The notes: generated by a model not told the origin, from the letters alone. A stretch of 64,000 nt of DNA from an uncultured delta proteobacterium (GCA_963796055.1 CAWCKH010000004.1:1920001-1984000); one strand, 5' to 3'; shown: positions 24,260 to 34,480, counted from the stretch's first letter. Program-made: numbers and translations.

Positions 24260-25275
24260 CGGCCGTTCTCCCCGCTCACCGCCTCCTCCTGGTCCCGCCC
24301 GTAGGGGGTCTCCAGCGCCTCGGCCTCCAGGCCCAGCTCGCGCAGCCGGTGGGCGAGCGGTACCGCGTACCCGTGCGTGACCAGCACCCGGCGGGCGCCG
24401 GTCTCGCGGATGGTGTCAAGCAGCGCCGGCCAGTCGGCGTGGTCGGAGAGGGCGAAACCGCGGTCCACGCTGCGGCGCCGCCGCTCGCCGCGCACCCGCA
24501 TGAAGCCGCTCACCAGGGCGACCGCGGCGTCGCCGAAGCGCCGCATCCACCGCGTGCCCCGGGCGGTGATGGGCGCGAGCACCAGCTCGCCGGCGAAGTC
24601 CTTCCCCTTGGCGGTGTCCGCCACCGGGGTCCACGGGAGCAGCCGCACCCCGGCCTCACGGTAGACGTCGCACATCCCGGCGATGGCCCCATGGGCGAAG
24701 ACCCGCCGGTCGGTGCGGCGCGCGAGCTCGGCCAGGAGCCGCTGGGACTTCCCCAGCACGTGACAGAACACCAGCGAGGCCCGGCCCGCCTCACGGTTCG
24801 TCTCCCACCAGCCCAGCAGATCCTCGATGACCGAGTCGGGGGGTTCCCAGCGAAAGACGGGGAGCCCGAAGGTGGCCTCGGTGAGGAAGACGTCGGCGCG
24901 CAGCGCCTCGAACGGGGCGCAGGTCGGATCCGGCGCGCGCTTGTAGTCGCCGCTCACCACCCAGACCTCGCCATCCGCCTCGATGCGGAGCTGCGCCGAG
25001 CCGAGCACGTGCCCGGCGGGATGGAACGAGAGCTGGACGTCTCCCACGCTGTGCCGCTCGCCGTAGTGCCAGGCCTCGATGACGGTTCCGGGGAGCCGGT
25101 GTCGCACGATGGGCAATCCAGGCTCGGCGCACAGGTAGGCGGCGCTCCCTTCGCGGGCGTGGTCGGCGTGGGCGTGGGTCAGCACCGCGCGCGGCACCGG
25201 CGCCCACGGGTCGACGTGAAATCCTCCCCGGGCGCAGTACAGCCCCTGCGGGGTCATGGTGAGGAGCTCGGCCAT
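24256..25275 (-). CDS. Ligase-associated DNA damage response exonuclease (MBL/beta-CASP)
   Basis: GLYC..GGF.VDPW, THAHADHA, PAGHVLGSAQ, SGDYKR..DPTC, TEATFGLP, LGKSQR, LSDHADW, VTHG. Confidence 0.93.
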   Translation of the reverse strand: MAELLTMTPQGLYCARGGFHVDPWAPVPRAVLTHAHADHAREGSAAYLCAEPGLPIVRHRLPGTVIEAWHYGERHSVGDVQLSFHPAGHVLGSAQLRIEADGEVWVVSGDYKRAPDPTCAPFEALRADVFLTEATFGLPVFRWEPPDSVIEDLLGWWETNREAGRASLVFCHVLGKSQRLLAELARRTDRRVFAHGAIAGMCDVYREAGVRLLPWTPVADTAKGKDFAGELVLAPITARGTRWMRRFGDAAVALVSGFMRVRGERRRRSVDRGFALSDHADWPALLDTIRETGARRVLVTHGYAVPLAHRLRELGLEAEALETPYGRDQEEAVSGENGR

Positions 25276-25294
25276 CGCCAGGGACCGAGGCGTT

Positions 25295-26437
25295 CTAGCC
25301 GGGTGGGGCAGCGGTGCGCACGGGCCCCCTCGCCCGCGGAGGCGAGAACTCGACGACCACCAGCAGCAGCCCCAGCACGCCCCAGGGTCGGAAGGCCAGG
25401 AGGCGCTCGGTCGCGGTCCGGTCGAGAAGCCCCGAGGTGAGCAGGCTGGTGAGCACCACCGCCGCGAGCACGGCGCGCGAGAAGCCGTCGCCGGCGCGGG
25501 AGTCGGCGACCAGGCGGCGCACCGCGGGCAGGGCGAGGACGAAGTTGGCACGCCAGGCGAGCGGCGAGGACATCGCCACCGCCAGGGTGCTCATCCGGAA
25601 GGTGGCTCCGGCGTCGTCCCGCACCACCAGCACCAGCGCGGCGAAGAACAGCGCCGCCGAGAGCTGGGCCAGCCAGAGCGCGTCGGGGCTCGGCGGTGTC
25701 CCGAGCCAGCCGGCGACGTCGAGGATGAGGGTGGGGAGGCCCTGGGGGTTCGGCCCGGTCACCCAGGCGACGGTGCTCCGCTCCACCAGACCCCGCCAGG
25801 CGGCGAGCTCGGCGGCGAACGCTTGCGGGCCCACCCGGGCGGCGAACAGCGCGCAGGCGAGCAGCACCACCCCCCCGGCGGCGGCGATCGCCCGCAAGCG
25901 CCGGCGAGCGACGAAGAACAGCCCGGCGATGACGGCCGGGGGCTTGGTGAGCACCGCCAGCCCCAGCGCCACCCCGCCGCCGTCGCGGGTCTGGACCGCC
26001 GCCGCAGCCAGCACCAGCAGCCCGAGGAGCCACAGGTCCACCTGCCCGTAGAAGAGGACGGTGGAGATCGGACCGGCCAGGGCCAGCGCCGCCCAGCTCC
26101 CGTCGGTGTTCCGGGAGCCGGGATCGACGCGGGGAAGCCGCGCCAGGGCGAGCAGGAGGAAGAGCACCGAGCCCAGGTTCCACAGCACCGCGCCCACCGA
26201 GCGGGAGAGCAGCGCCCAGGGGGCCAGGAGCAGCGCCGCCGGCGGGGCGTACTTGAAGGGCATGGGCCCGTCCGCTGCCTGGTACAGCGAGGTGCCGGCG
26301 AGCCAGCGCGCGCCCGCGGTGCGGAAGACGGTGAAGTCGATGCATCGCCGAGGGTTGAGCGCGAACGCGAGCCCGAGGCCGAGGAAGAGCAGGCCCACCG
26401 CCCAGCGCAGCCGCTCGCCCCTGGCCGCGGTGCTCAT
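25295..26437 (-). CDS. GT87/DUF2029 membrane glycosyltransferase
   Basis: DF.VF..AG.RW..G.SLY, FKYAP..A.L..P, GQVD, LA..TK, NPQGL; polytopic. Confidence 0.8.
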   Translation of the reverse strand: MSTAARGERLRWAVGLLFLGLGLAFALNPRRCIDFTVFRTAGARWLAGTSLYQAADGPMPFKYAPPAALLLAPWALLSRSVGAVLWNLGSVLFLLLALARLPRVDPGSRNTDGSWAALALAGPISTVLFYGQVDLWLLGLLVLAAAAVQTRDGGGVALGLAVLTKPPAVIAGLFFVARRRLRAIAAAGGVVLLACALFAARVGPQAFAAELAAWRGLVERSTVAWVTGPNPQGLPTLILDVAGWLGTPPSPDALWLAQLSAALFFAALVLVVRDDAGATFRMSTLAVAMSSPLAWRANFVLALPAVRRLVADSRAGDGFSRAVLAAVVLTSLLTSGLLDRTATERLLAFRPWGVLGLLLVVVEFSPPRARGPVRTAAPPG

Positions 26438-26554
26438 CGGTGCCTCGCGCGACCGCCGGAGTTGGCCTGGCTGCCCACCGCCTGCTTGCTATCGCGGATC
26501 GGCGCTCCCCGCCCACGGAGATCCGCCCGGCCGCGTGCTAGCGTCCCCGGCACC

Positions 26555-27019
26555 GTGATCTGGTGGATGTGGCTCGTGGTCGGCGTGGGTCTGCTCATCT
26601 TCGAGCTCGTCACCCCTGGCGGGTTCTTCGCGGTGTTCTTCGGCGTCGCCGCGGTCCTCGTCGGTCTGCTGACCGCGGTGCACCTGGCGGGTCCCGACTG
26701 GCTGCAGTGGCTGCTGTTCAGCGCCTTCTCGGTGGCGGGGGTGTTCCTCCTCCGGAGGCCGGTGATGCAGCGGCTCGGCGTCGCTCCGCCCGCGCTCCCG
26801 GGCGAGGAGATGCGAGGAGAGTGGGCCCTGGTCACCGAGGAGGTTCGTCCCGGTGAGGTGGGGAAGGTGGAGCTGCGCGGGACCTCCTGGAGCGCCCGCG
26901 CGAACCGGACCGTGCATGTGGGTGAGCGTCTGCCGGTGGATCGCATCGAGGGATTGACGGTGTGGCTCGGCGGAACCGAGAGCCGCGGCGGCTGGACGCC
27001 CGGCGGAGGAAGCACATGA
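26555..27019 (+). CDS. NfeD-like membrane protein
   Basis: WW.W...G..LL..EL.TPG.FF, QWLLF, G.VELRGTSWSA OB-fold; ATGA overlap with the SPFH gene. Confidence 0.88.
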   Translation: MIWWMWLVVGVGLLIFELVTPGGFFAVFFGVAAVLVGLLTAVHLAGPDWLQWLLFSAFSVAGVFLLRRPVMQRLGVAPPALPGEEMRGEWALVTEEVRPGEVGKVELRGTSWSARANRTVHVGERLPVDRIEGLTVWLGGTESRGGWTPGGGST

Positions 27020-27969
27020 CGGAAGCATTGCTGGTCGTTGTTGTCTTCGTGGCCATCCTGGTGGTGGTCATCCTGTTCAAGACTGCGGTGATCGTGCAGG
27101 CGCAGAACGCCTACGTGGTGGAGCGTTTCGGCCGCTTCAGCGGGGTGCTCGAGGCCGGCTTCCACATCCTGGTGCCCTTCGCCGATGCCATCCGGTACCG
27201 CCACACCTTGAAGGAGCAGGCGATCGACATCCCCGAGCAGATCTGCATCACCAAGGACAACGTGCAGGTGGGGGTGGACGGCATTCTCTACATGAAGGTG
27301 ATGGACCCCCGCCGGGCCTCCTACGGCATCACCAACTACCTCTTCGCCATCATCCAGCTGGCCCAGACCAACCTGCGCAGCGAGGTGGGGAAGATCGACC
27401 TCGACAAGACCTTCGAGGAGCGCACCCACATCAACGGGCAGGTGGTGAGCGAAGTCGACAAGGCCTCCGAGGCGTGGGGGGTGAAGGTCCTCCGCTACGA
27501 AATCAAGAACATCACCCCGCCCCGCGACATCATCGCCGCGATGGAGAAGCAGATGCGCGCCGAGCGGGAGAAGCGCGCCACGGTGCTCCAGTCCGAGGGC
27601 GAGCGCGACGCGGCGATCAACTCCGCCGAGGGCCAGAAGCAGCTGGTCATCAAGCAGTCCGAGGCCAAGAAGCAGCAGCAGATCAACGAGGCCGAGGGTC
27701 AGGCCTCGGCCATCCTCGCCGTGGCGCGCGCCACCGCCGAGGGCATCCGGGCGGTGGCCGAGTCCATCAACTCCAGCGGCGGCTTCGAGGCGGTGCAGCT
27801 GCGGGTGGCCGAGCAGTACATCAACGAGTTCGGCAAGCTGGCCAAGTCGGCCAACACCCTGGTGGTCCCCTCGAACCTCAGCGACGTGGGGGCGATGATC
27901 GGCCTGGCGATGAGCGCCATCCGCCCCAAGGTGGAACCGTCGAAGGGTCCGCTCGCCCCCCCGCGTTGA
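27016..27969 (+). CDS. SPFH/band-7 paraslipin (stomatin-like) protein
   Basis: VVERFGRF, QICITKDNV, AQT.LRSE.GK, WGVKVLRYEIKNI.PP, QMRAEREKRA. Confidence 0.95.
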   Translation: MTEALLVVVVFVAILVVVILFKTAVIVQAQNAYVVERFGRFSGVLEAGFHILVPFADAIRYRHTLKEQAIDIPEQICITKDNVQVGVDGILYMKVMDPRRASYGITNYLFAIIQLAQTNLRSEVGKIDLDKTFEERTHINGQVVSEVDKASEAWGVKVLRYEIKNITPPRDIIAAMEKQMRAEREKRATVLQSEGERDAAINSAEGQKQLVIKQSEAKKQQQINEAEGQASAILAVARATAEGIRAVAESINSSGGFEAVQLRVAEQYINEFGKLAKSANTLVVPSNLSDVGAMIGLAMSAIRPKVEPSKGPLAPPR

Positions 27970-27973
27970 CGTT

Positions 27974-28321
27974 TCAGCCGCAGCGTGCGGCGACGGCGAG
28001 CACGGCGGCCACCAGCGACGGACCGCCGAGGACCACCAGGGCCACCCAGGCCAGGCGGCGTCTGCGCCGGACACCGACCGGATCCGGAGTGTCCGCCTCG
28101 TCGGGCACCGCGGTGGGGGCAGGCCGGAGCAGGTGGAGCGCGGCCGCCTCCTGCCCCTCCGGGACGAGCAGCCGGACCTCGACGTAGGGGCCGAGCATCC
28201 CGAGCAGCGACCGGTGGTGCCCACCCTGGATGACGCAGGGAACGCCGTGCGCCTCCAGGACGCCCTTGTAGGTCGCCGCCTCCTCGACCGAGCCGCAGCT
28301 CAGCAGCGGGACCAGGCTCAC
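27974..28321 (-). CDS. DUF2007-like small membrane-anchored protein
   Basis: EA..YKG.LEAHGVP, VRLLVP....AA..LL, C-terminal TM. Confidence 0.7.
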   Translation of the reverse strand: MSLVPLLSCGSVEEAATYKGVLEAHGVPCVIQGGHHRSLLGMLGPYVEVRLLVPEGQEAAALHLLRPAPTAVPDEADTPDPVGVRRRRRLAWVALVVLGGPSLVAAVLAVAARCG

Positions 28322-28392
28322 CGGGTGCTCTCCTCCAAGGAGCAGCGTGTATAACGCCCGTCCTTCGAGCCTCGGAACGGAGCGGCATCAGC

Positions 28393-29655
28393 GTGCCTCA
28401 TGGACCCGTGGTGGTGGTGGGAGCTGGGCTGGCCGGACTGGCCTGCGCCCGGGCGCTCGTCCAGGCGGGGGTGGCCGTTCAGGTGCTGGAAGCGAGCGAT
28501 CGCCCGGGTGGGCGCGTGCGCACCGAGCAGGTGGACGGGTTCCGCATCAATCGCGGCTTCCAGGTCCTCCTGACGGCGTACCCCGAGGCCCGTCGGGTGC
28601 TGGATCTGAAAGCGCTCCAGCTCCGCCGCTTCGCCCCCGGGGCGCAGGTCTTCCGCGGGGGAAAGCTCCACACGCTGTCCGACCCATTCCGGCGCCCGCT
28701 GGACGTCGCCCGCACCGCGGTCGCGCCGCTCGGCTCCTTCTGGGACAAGGTCCGCGTTCTGCGCCTCCGCGCCCATGCAGGCTCCGGCTCGCTGGAGGAG
28801 CTCTTCGCCCGGCCGCACGAGTCCACCCACGACCGGCTCCGCCGGCTCGAGTTCAGCCAGGAGTTCGTGGACGGCTTCCTCCGTCCGTTCCTCGGCGCGG
28901 TGTTCCTGGAGCACGAGCTCGCCACCTCCAGCCGGAAGCTCGAGTTCGTCACCCGGATGGTCGCCCATGGCGAGGTGGCGGTCCCGGCGATGGGCATGGA
29001 GGAGGTCCCGGCCCAGCTCGCCCGCGGCCTCCCGCCGGGCACGCTGCGCACCGGTACACCGGTGGCCCGGGTCCACCCCCAGGCGGTGGAGCTGGAGTCG
29101 GGCGGCCGGATCGACGCCGCGGCGGTGGTGGTCGCCACCGACGGGGTGACCGCGTCCCGGCTGGTCCCGGCCTTCACCGCGCCGCACACGGTGGGCGTGA
29201 CCGCGTTCTCCTTCGAGGCGGCCGAGCCTCCGGCGCGGGGACCGTGGTTGCTGCTCGACGGTGATGGCCATGGCCCGGTGAACCACGCCGCGGTCATGAC
29301 CGAGGTCGCGCCGGAGTACGCCCCGCCGGGCAAGGCGCTGGTGTCGGCGTCGGTGCTGGGTGCACACCCCGACGTCGCCGCGCTCGAGCTCCGGGTGCGG
29401 GCCCAGCTCAGGACCTGGTTCGGGGCAGCCGTGGACGGCTGGCGGCTGCTCCGCGCCGAGGTGGTGCACGAGGCGCTCCCCGCCGAGCCCCCCTCGGCGC
29501 TCGAGCCCGCGCAGCGACCGGTCCGCACCCCGACCGGGATCACCGTCTGCGGCGACCACCGCGACAACGCCAGCATCGACGGCGCGCTCACCTCGGGACG
29601 GCGGGCGGCCGAGTCGGTCCTGTCGCATCTCGGCGTCTCGCCCCGTTCCGGCTGA
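28393..29655 (+). CDS. FAD-dependent oxidoreductase (flavin amine oxidase family)
   Basis: VVVGAGLAGL, EASDRPGGRVRT, RGFQVLLTAYP, CGDH...SIDGAL.SGRRAA. Confidence 0.9.
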   Translation: MPHGPVVVVGAGLAGLACARALVQAGVAVQVLEASDRPGGRVRTEQVDGFRINRGFQVLLTAYPEARRVLDLKALQLRRFAPGAQVFRGGKLHTLSDPFRRPLDVARTAVAPLGSFWDKVRVLRLRAHAGSGSLEELFARPHESTHDRLRRLEFSQEFVDGFLRPFLGAVFLEHELATSSRKLEFVTRMVAHGEVAVPAMGMEEVPAQLARGLPPGTLRTGTPVARVHPQAVELESGGRIDAAAVVVATDGVTASRLVPAFTAPHTVGVTAFSFEAAEPPARGPWLLLDGDGHGPVNHAAVMTEVAPEYAPPGKALVSASVLGAHPDVAALELRVRAQLRTWFGAAVDGWRLLRAEVVHEALPAEPPSALEPAQRPVRTPTGITVCGDHRDNASIDGALTSGRRAAESVLSHLGVSPRSG

Positions 29656-29692
29656 CCCGCGGGGCGCCCGAGGTGCTAAGCGGGGCGGCCCG

Positions 29693-31360
29693 ATGCGCGT
29701 CGCCCTCGTCCTTCCCTGTCTGCTCGGTGCCTCGCTCTCCACCGCCGCGCCGCTCCCCGGCCTGCCGGAGCTCCGGGCCTCGCTCGAGCAGTTCGTTCCC
29801 ACCCCGATCGCGGTGGATCTCTCCCGGCTGCCCAACTCCGAGCGCCGGGCGCTGGCCCGACTGGTCGAGGCAGCCCGCCTGATGGACCCGCTGTTCCTCC
29901 GCCAGGTGTGGGCCGGAAACGAGGCGCAGCTGGCGGCTCTGGCCAGGGACTCCACGCCGCTCGGGCAGGCGCGGCTGCGCTTCTTCCTCCTCAACTCCGG
30001 GCCCTGGGATCGGCTGGCGCACGACGCGCCGTTCCTCCCCGGCGTCCCGGCGAAGCCACCCCAGGCGAGCTTCTACCCGGCGGACGCCACCAAGGAGGAG
30101 GTGTCGCGCTGGATGTCCACCCTGACTCCCGACGAGCGGGCGCGCGCCGGTGGCTTCTTCACCACCATCCGCCGGATGCCGAGCGGCGGCCTCACCGCGG
30201 TCCCGTACAGCGTGGAGTACCAGGGTGAGCTGGCGCTGGCGGCCGCTCGTCTCCGCGAGGCCGCGGCGGCCACCAGCCAGCCGTCGCTGCGGACCTTCCT
30301 CGAGAAGCGCGCCGCGGCCCTGCTCGGCAACGACTACGTCGACTCCGACCTGGCGTGGATGCAGCTCGAGGCGACGATCGATCCCACCTTCGGCCCGTAC
30401 GAGACGTACGAGGACGAGTGGTTCGGTCAGAAGGCGGCCTTCGAGGCGTACATCACCGTGGTCGACGCCGCCGAGACCGAGAAGCTGAAGCGGTTCTCCG
30501 GCCAGCTCCAGGCGCTGGAGAACGCGCTGCCGATGGACGACCGGTACAAGAATCCGAAGATCGGCGGGCTGGCGCCCATCCGGGTGGTCAACAGCGTCTT
30601 CGCCTCGGGTCACGCCAACCACGGTGTGCAGACCGCGGCCTACAACCTTCCCAACGACGAGAGCACCGTCGCCGCGCACGGCAGCAAGCGAATCATGCTC
30701 AAGAACATCGACCGGGCGAAGTTCGACCGCACCCTGGTCCCGATCGCCAGGGTGGCCATCGCCCCGGCGCTGTTGAAGTCGGTGGAGTTCGATCCCTTCT
30801 TCACCCAGATCCTGATGCACGAGCTGATGCACGGCATCGGTCCGCAGCGGATCACGGTCAACGGCCGCGAGACCACGCCGCGGGCGGAGCTCCAGGAAAC
30901 CTACGCTGCGATCGAGGAGTGCAAGGCCGACGTGGTGGGCATCTGGGCGATGCAGCGGCTGGTCGACCAGCGGCAGCTCCCGCCGCAGATGGGACGGGGG
31001 CTCGGGCCCACGGTGCTCGCCGGGATGTTCCGCTCGATCCGATTCGGGCTCACCGAGGCGCACGGCCTGGGCACCGCGGTACAGCTGAACTGGCTCCTCG
31101 ACGCCGGGGCGTACAAGGTCTCCGCGGACGGGCGCTTCACGCTGGTCCCGGAGAAGGTGGGCCCGGCGTTCGAGTCGCTGGCGCGCGAGCTCCTCACCAT
31201 CGAGGCCACCGGGGACAGGGCGCGGGCCAAGGCGCTCCTCGACCGGCTGGCGGTGAATCGGCCCGAGACCCGGCGGGTCCTCTCCCGGCTGCGGAAGGTC
31301 CCGGTCGACATTGCCCCGCGGTACGTGACCGCGGAGAAGCTCGAGGCGGAGTTCCACTAG
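29693..31360 (+). CDS. Secreted peptidase M49 (dipeptidyl-peptidase III-like, HEXXH variant)
   Basis: Signal peptide; N.GPWDRL, FYP.D, GPYETYED, AYNLPNDE, MHELMHG.GP, EECKAD. Confidence 0.85.
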   Translation: MRVALVLPCLLGASLSTAAPLPGLPELRASLEQFVPTPIAVDLSRLPNSERRALARLVEAARLMDPLFLRQVWAGNEAQLAALARDSTPLGQARLRFFLLNSGPWDRLAHDAPFLPGVPAKPPQASFYPADATKEEVSRWMSTLTPDERARAGGFFTTIRRMPSGGLTAVPYSVEYQGELALAAARLREAAAATSQPSLRTFLEKRAAALLGNDYVDSDLAWMQLEATIDPTFGPYETYEDEWFGQKAAFEAYITVVDAAETEKLKRFSGQLQALENALPMDDRYKNPKIGGLAPIRVVNSVFASGHANHGVQTAAYNLPNDESTVAAHGSKRIMLKNIDRAKFDRTLVPIARVAIAPALLKSVEFDPFFTQILMHELMHGIGPQRITVNGRETTPRAELQETYAAIEECKADVVGIWAMQRLVDQRQLPPQMGRGLGPTVLAGMFRSIRFGLTEAHGLGTAVQLNWLLDAGAYKVSADGRFTLVPEKVGPAFESLARELLTIEATGDRARAKALLDRLAVNRPETRRVLSRLRKVPVDIAPRYVTAEKLEAEFH

Positions 31361-31422
31361 CTCCAGTTCAAGGGTTGCGAGGCCGAGTTCCCCTGTGGTG
31401 CGCGCCTTGATACGAGGGTGTC

Positions 31423-33958
31423 ATGGGCAAGGCTGTCGCCGCCCTCTTGCTGGTCGTGACGGGCGCCGTGCGTGCTGCCCCGGCTCCGGATCCTCCACCC
31501 TCGCGTCCGCGCCGCTCGGTGGTGGTCCTCTACTCCATCTCCCAGGAGGTGGCGGGCCTCCACGAGCTGAGCGTCGCGGTGAACGAGGGGATCCGCAAAG
31601 GCTCGCCGGTCCCGGTGGACGTGTACGGCGAGTACACGGGGCTGGACCGCTTCTCCGGCGAGGCGTACGCCGATGCGCTGCAGGTGATGCTGCGGGAGAA
31701 GTACCGGTCCCGGAAGGTCGACCTCCTGGTCCTGATCGGCCCCACCGCCCTCGACTTCGTGCTGTCGAAGAACGCGTTCCCCGGCGTGCCGATCGTCAGC
31801 TGTTACGTCGCCGGTCGTCTGGTGGAGGACGCCCGCCGAACCCGCGCCGAGCTGACCGGGGCGCTGCCGGCGCAGAACGCCCCGCGGACGATCGCACTGA
31901 TGCTCCGGCTCTACCCCGAGACCCGGCGCATTCAGGTGGTGCTGGGGGCCAGCGCCCACGAGCGCGGCCAGGCCGAGCAGGGCAAGATCCTCTTCGCGCC
32001 GTTTGCCTCGCGGGTCGAGCTCACCTACACCAACGACCTCTCGCTCGATCAGCTCGAGGACCGCGTCCGGCAGCTGCCCGACTCGGAGCTGGTGCTCTGG
32101 GGGAGCCTGCTCCAGGACCCGACCGGACGGGAGTTCGACACGACCGAGCCTCTGACCCGGGTCTCGGCGGCGAGCCGTCGCCCCGTCTTCGGGGTCATCT
32201 ACGAGGACCTGGGGGCGGGCATTCTCGGCGGCGAGCTGGTGAGCATGAAGCTGTCCGGGCAGATCGCCGCGCAGCTCGCGCTGCGGGTGCTGGGCGGGGA
32301 GCCGGCGTCCTCCATTCCCCCGGTGGTCGACGCGGGCCTGGCACCGATGTTCGACGCCCGTCAGCTCTCGCGGTGGGGCCTGGGGGAACGGGCGCTTCCC
32401 CCGGGGACCCAGGTCCTCTTCCGTCCGCCGAGCCTCCTGAAGGAGCATGGACGCGCCATCGGTCTGATCCTGGGAGTCATGGTCGTGGAGTCCCTGCTGG
32501 TCGCCGGGCTGATCATCCAGCTGCGACGGCGCCACCGCTTCGAGCGGGCGCTGGCCACCGCCGAGACCCGCTACCGCACCGTGGCGGACTTCACCCACGA
32601 CTGGGAGTTCTGGCGCCGGCCCGACGGGTCGTTCGAGTACCTCTCGCCGGCCTGTGAGCGGGTGAGTGGACACCCGGCCGGGGACTTCCTGGCCGACCCC
32701 GGGCTGCTGGACCGGCTGGTCCACGAGGAGGATTCTGGAGATCTGGCGCGGCGCCGTCTCGGCCACGCAGCCCACCACCCCGGTGGAGTTCCGGATGCGC
32801 TCCCGCGAGGGCGAGGTGCGCTGGGTGCGCTTCGCCAGCAACCCGGTCCGGCTTCCCGACGGTCGCACCGCGGGTCTCCGGGGAAGCCTCGCCGACGTGA
32901 CCTCGCGAAAGCTCGGGGAGCTCGCCCTGGAGCAGGCCTACCGGGAGATCGCCGCGCTCAAGGACCGGCTCGAGGCCGAGAACACCTACTACCGCGAGAA
33001 GATCCACGCGGTGGAGCCCTCCGGCGAGCTGCTGGGGCAGAGCGACCCGATGAAGTACCTCCACTTCCGGATCCGCCAGGTCGCCCCCTCCGACACCACG
33101 GTGCTCATCCTCGGCGAGACCGGAACCGGCAAGGAGCTGGTGGCCGAGGCGATCCACACGCTCGGGCCCCGCAAGGACCGGCCGCTGGTGAAGGTGAACT
33201 GCGCAGCGCTGCCGCCGACGCTGGCGGAGAGCGAGCTGTTCGGCCACGAGAAGGGCGCGTTCACCGGCTCCACGGGCCAGCGAAGGGGCCGCTTCGAGAT
33301 GGCCGACGGGGCCACCCTGTTCCTGGACGAGGTGGGAGAGCTGGCGCCCGAGCTGCAGGCGAAGCTGCTGCGGGTCCTGCAGGACGGCACCTTCGAGCGG
33401 GTGGGCGGCGACCGGACGCTGAAGGTGGACGTGCGGGTGATCGCCGCGACCAACCGGGCGCTGTCACGCGACGTGGCCGCCGGCCGCTTCCGGGAAGACC
33501 TCTGGTACCGGCTGAACGTGTTTCCGATCAGCGTCCCCCCGCTCCGCCAGCGCAAGGAGGACATCCCCACCCTGGCGCTGGCCTTCGTCAATCGCGCCGC
33601 GGAGCGCCTGGGCCGGAAGGCTCCCGAGATTCCCCAGTCGGTCATCCTCGCGCTGCAGGGGCGCGACTGGCCGGGGAACGTCCGCGAGCTCCAGAACACC
33701 ATCGAGCAGGCGGTGCTCGTCTCCGAGGGCGGGCACCTTCGACTCCCCGACCCGCCTCCCGCCGCCGTGCCCGCTCCCGCCGCCAGCGGCACTCAGTCGC
33801 TCGAGGAGGTCGAGCGGCGGCACATCCTCGAGGTGCTCGAGGCCGCGGGCTGGAAGCTCGAAGGGGCGAACGGGGCGGCGGCGCTGCTCGGTCTCAAGCC
33901 GAGCACGCTCCGGTCGCGGATGCAGAAGCTGGAAATTCGGCGGCCGTCGGGCGCCTAG
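31423..33958 (+). CDS. Membrane-anchored sigma54-dependent activator (periplasmic sensor-TM-PAS-AAA+-HTH); +1 frameshift at ~32733
   Basis: Signal peptide, periplasmic ABC-substrate-binding-like region (LREKY..DL, FDARQL.RWGL....LP), TM, PAS (ADFTHDWE..YLSPACE..SG). Removing one T from GATTC (32731-32735) continues into GETGTGKE, ESELFGHEKGAFTGS, LFLDEVGE, WPGNVREL and an HTH (GAA.LLGLKPSTLRSRM). Confidence 0.88.
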
Positions 33959-33985
33959 AGCCTCGCGTCGAGGCACGGGACGAGC

Positions 33986-34018
33986 CCACGACATCTCGTG
34001 GTCCACGACGAGTCGTGG
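33986..34018. promoter_or_regulatory. Two tandem 16-bp palindromes (candidate upstream activator sequences)
   Basis: CCACGACATCTCGTGG (33986-34001) and CCACGACGAGTCGTGG (34003-34018), ~80-115 bp upstream of the inferred sigma54 start site. Confidence 0.65.
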
Positions 34019-34072
34019 GCGCGGGCTGATCTCGAATGGTGTCGTCCCGAGCACTTATGGGCTCGGGGACGG

Positions 34073-34088
34073 TGGCGCCGCACTTGCT
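34073..34088 (+). promoter_or_regulatory. Sigma54 (-24/-12) promoter
   Basis: TGGCGCCGCACTTGCT: GG-N10-GC with TTGC, 15 bp before the ATG at 34104. Confidence 0.75.
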
Positions 34089-34103
34089 CTTCCGACGGCC
34101 CAC

Positions 34104-34436
34104 ATGAGTGCCGCCTCCGAACCCGCGAGCCAGCCGTTGCACGCGGTGGCGTATCTGATTTCTCCCGAGCGCGAGAAGCGCGACGAGCTGCTCCAGACGC
34201 TGCACTTGCTGGTGGAGGAGATCCGCCGGAGCCCGGGGTGCCTGGTCTGCGCCATCTGCCGCGAGCACGAGGGCGAACTCCTGGTGGTGGTCAGTGGCTG
34301 GAAGACGCGGGGCGATCTGCGACGCCACATCCGTTCCGAGCACTTCCAGATCCTCTCCGGCGCCTCGCGCTTGCTCGGAGCGTCGGCCGAGGTCGCGGCC
34401 CTGCTTTCGCTGCCCGTGGACGCAGAGCTCTCCTGA
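34104..34436 (+). CDS. ABM-like (dimeric alpha-beta barrel, putative quinol monooxygenase) protein
   Basis: PE..KRDELLQTL..L...IR..PGC, W.T..DL.RHIRSEHF. Confidence 0.7.
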   Translation: MSAASEPASQPLHAVAYLISPEREKRDELLQTLHLLVEEIRRSPGCLVCAICREHEGELLVVVSGWKTRGDLRRHIRSEHFQILSGASRLLGASAEVAALLSLPVDAELS

Positions 34437-34480
34437 CCCGCGCCTTCATGAACCCTCACCGAAGGAGAAACCCGATTCGC

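Noticed and set aside
32736..34029. C-terminal half of the 868-aa ORF 31423..34029 (and the tail of 133..2511)
   Set aside because: Out-of-frame read-through after the frameshift; the real domains are in the other frame.
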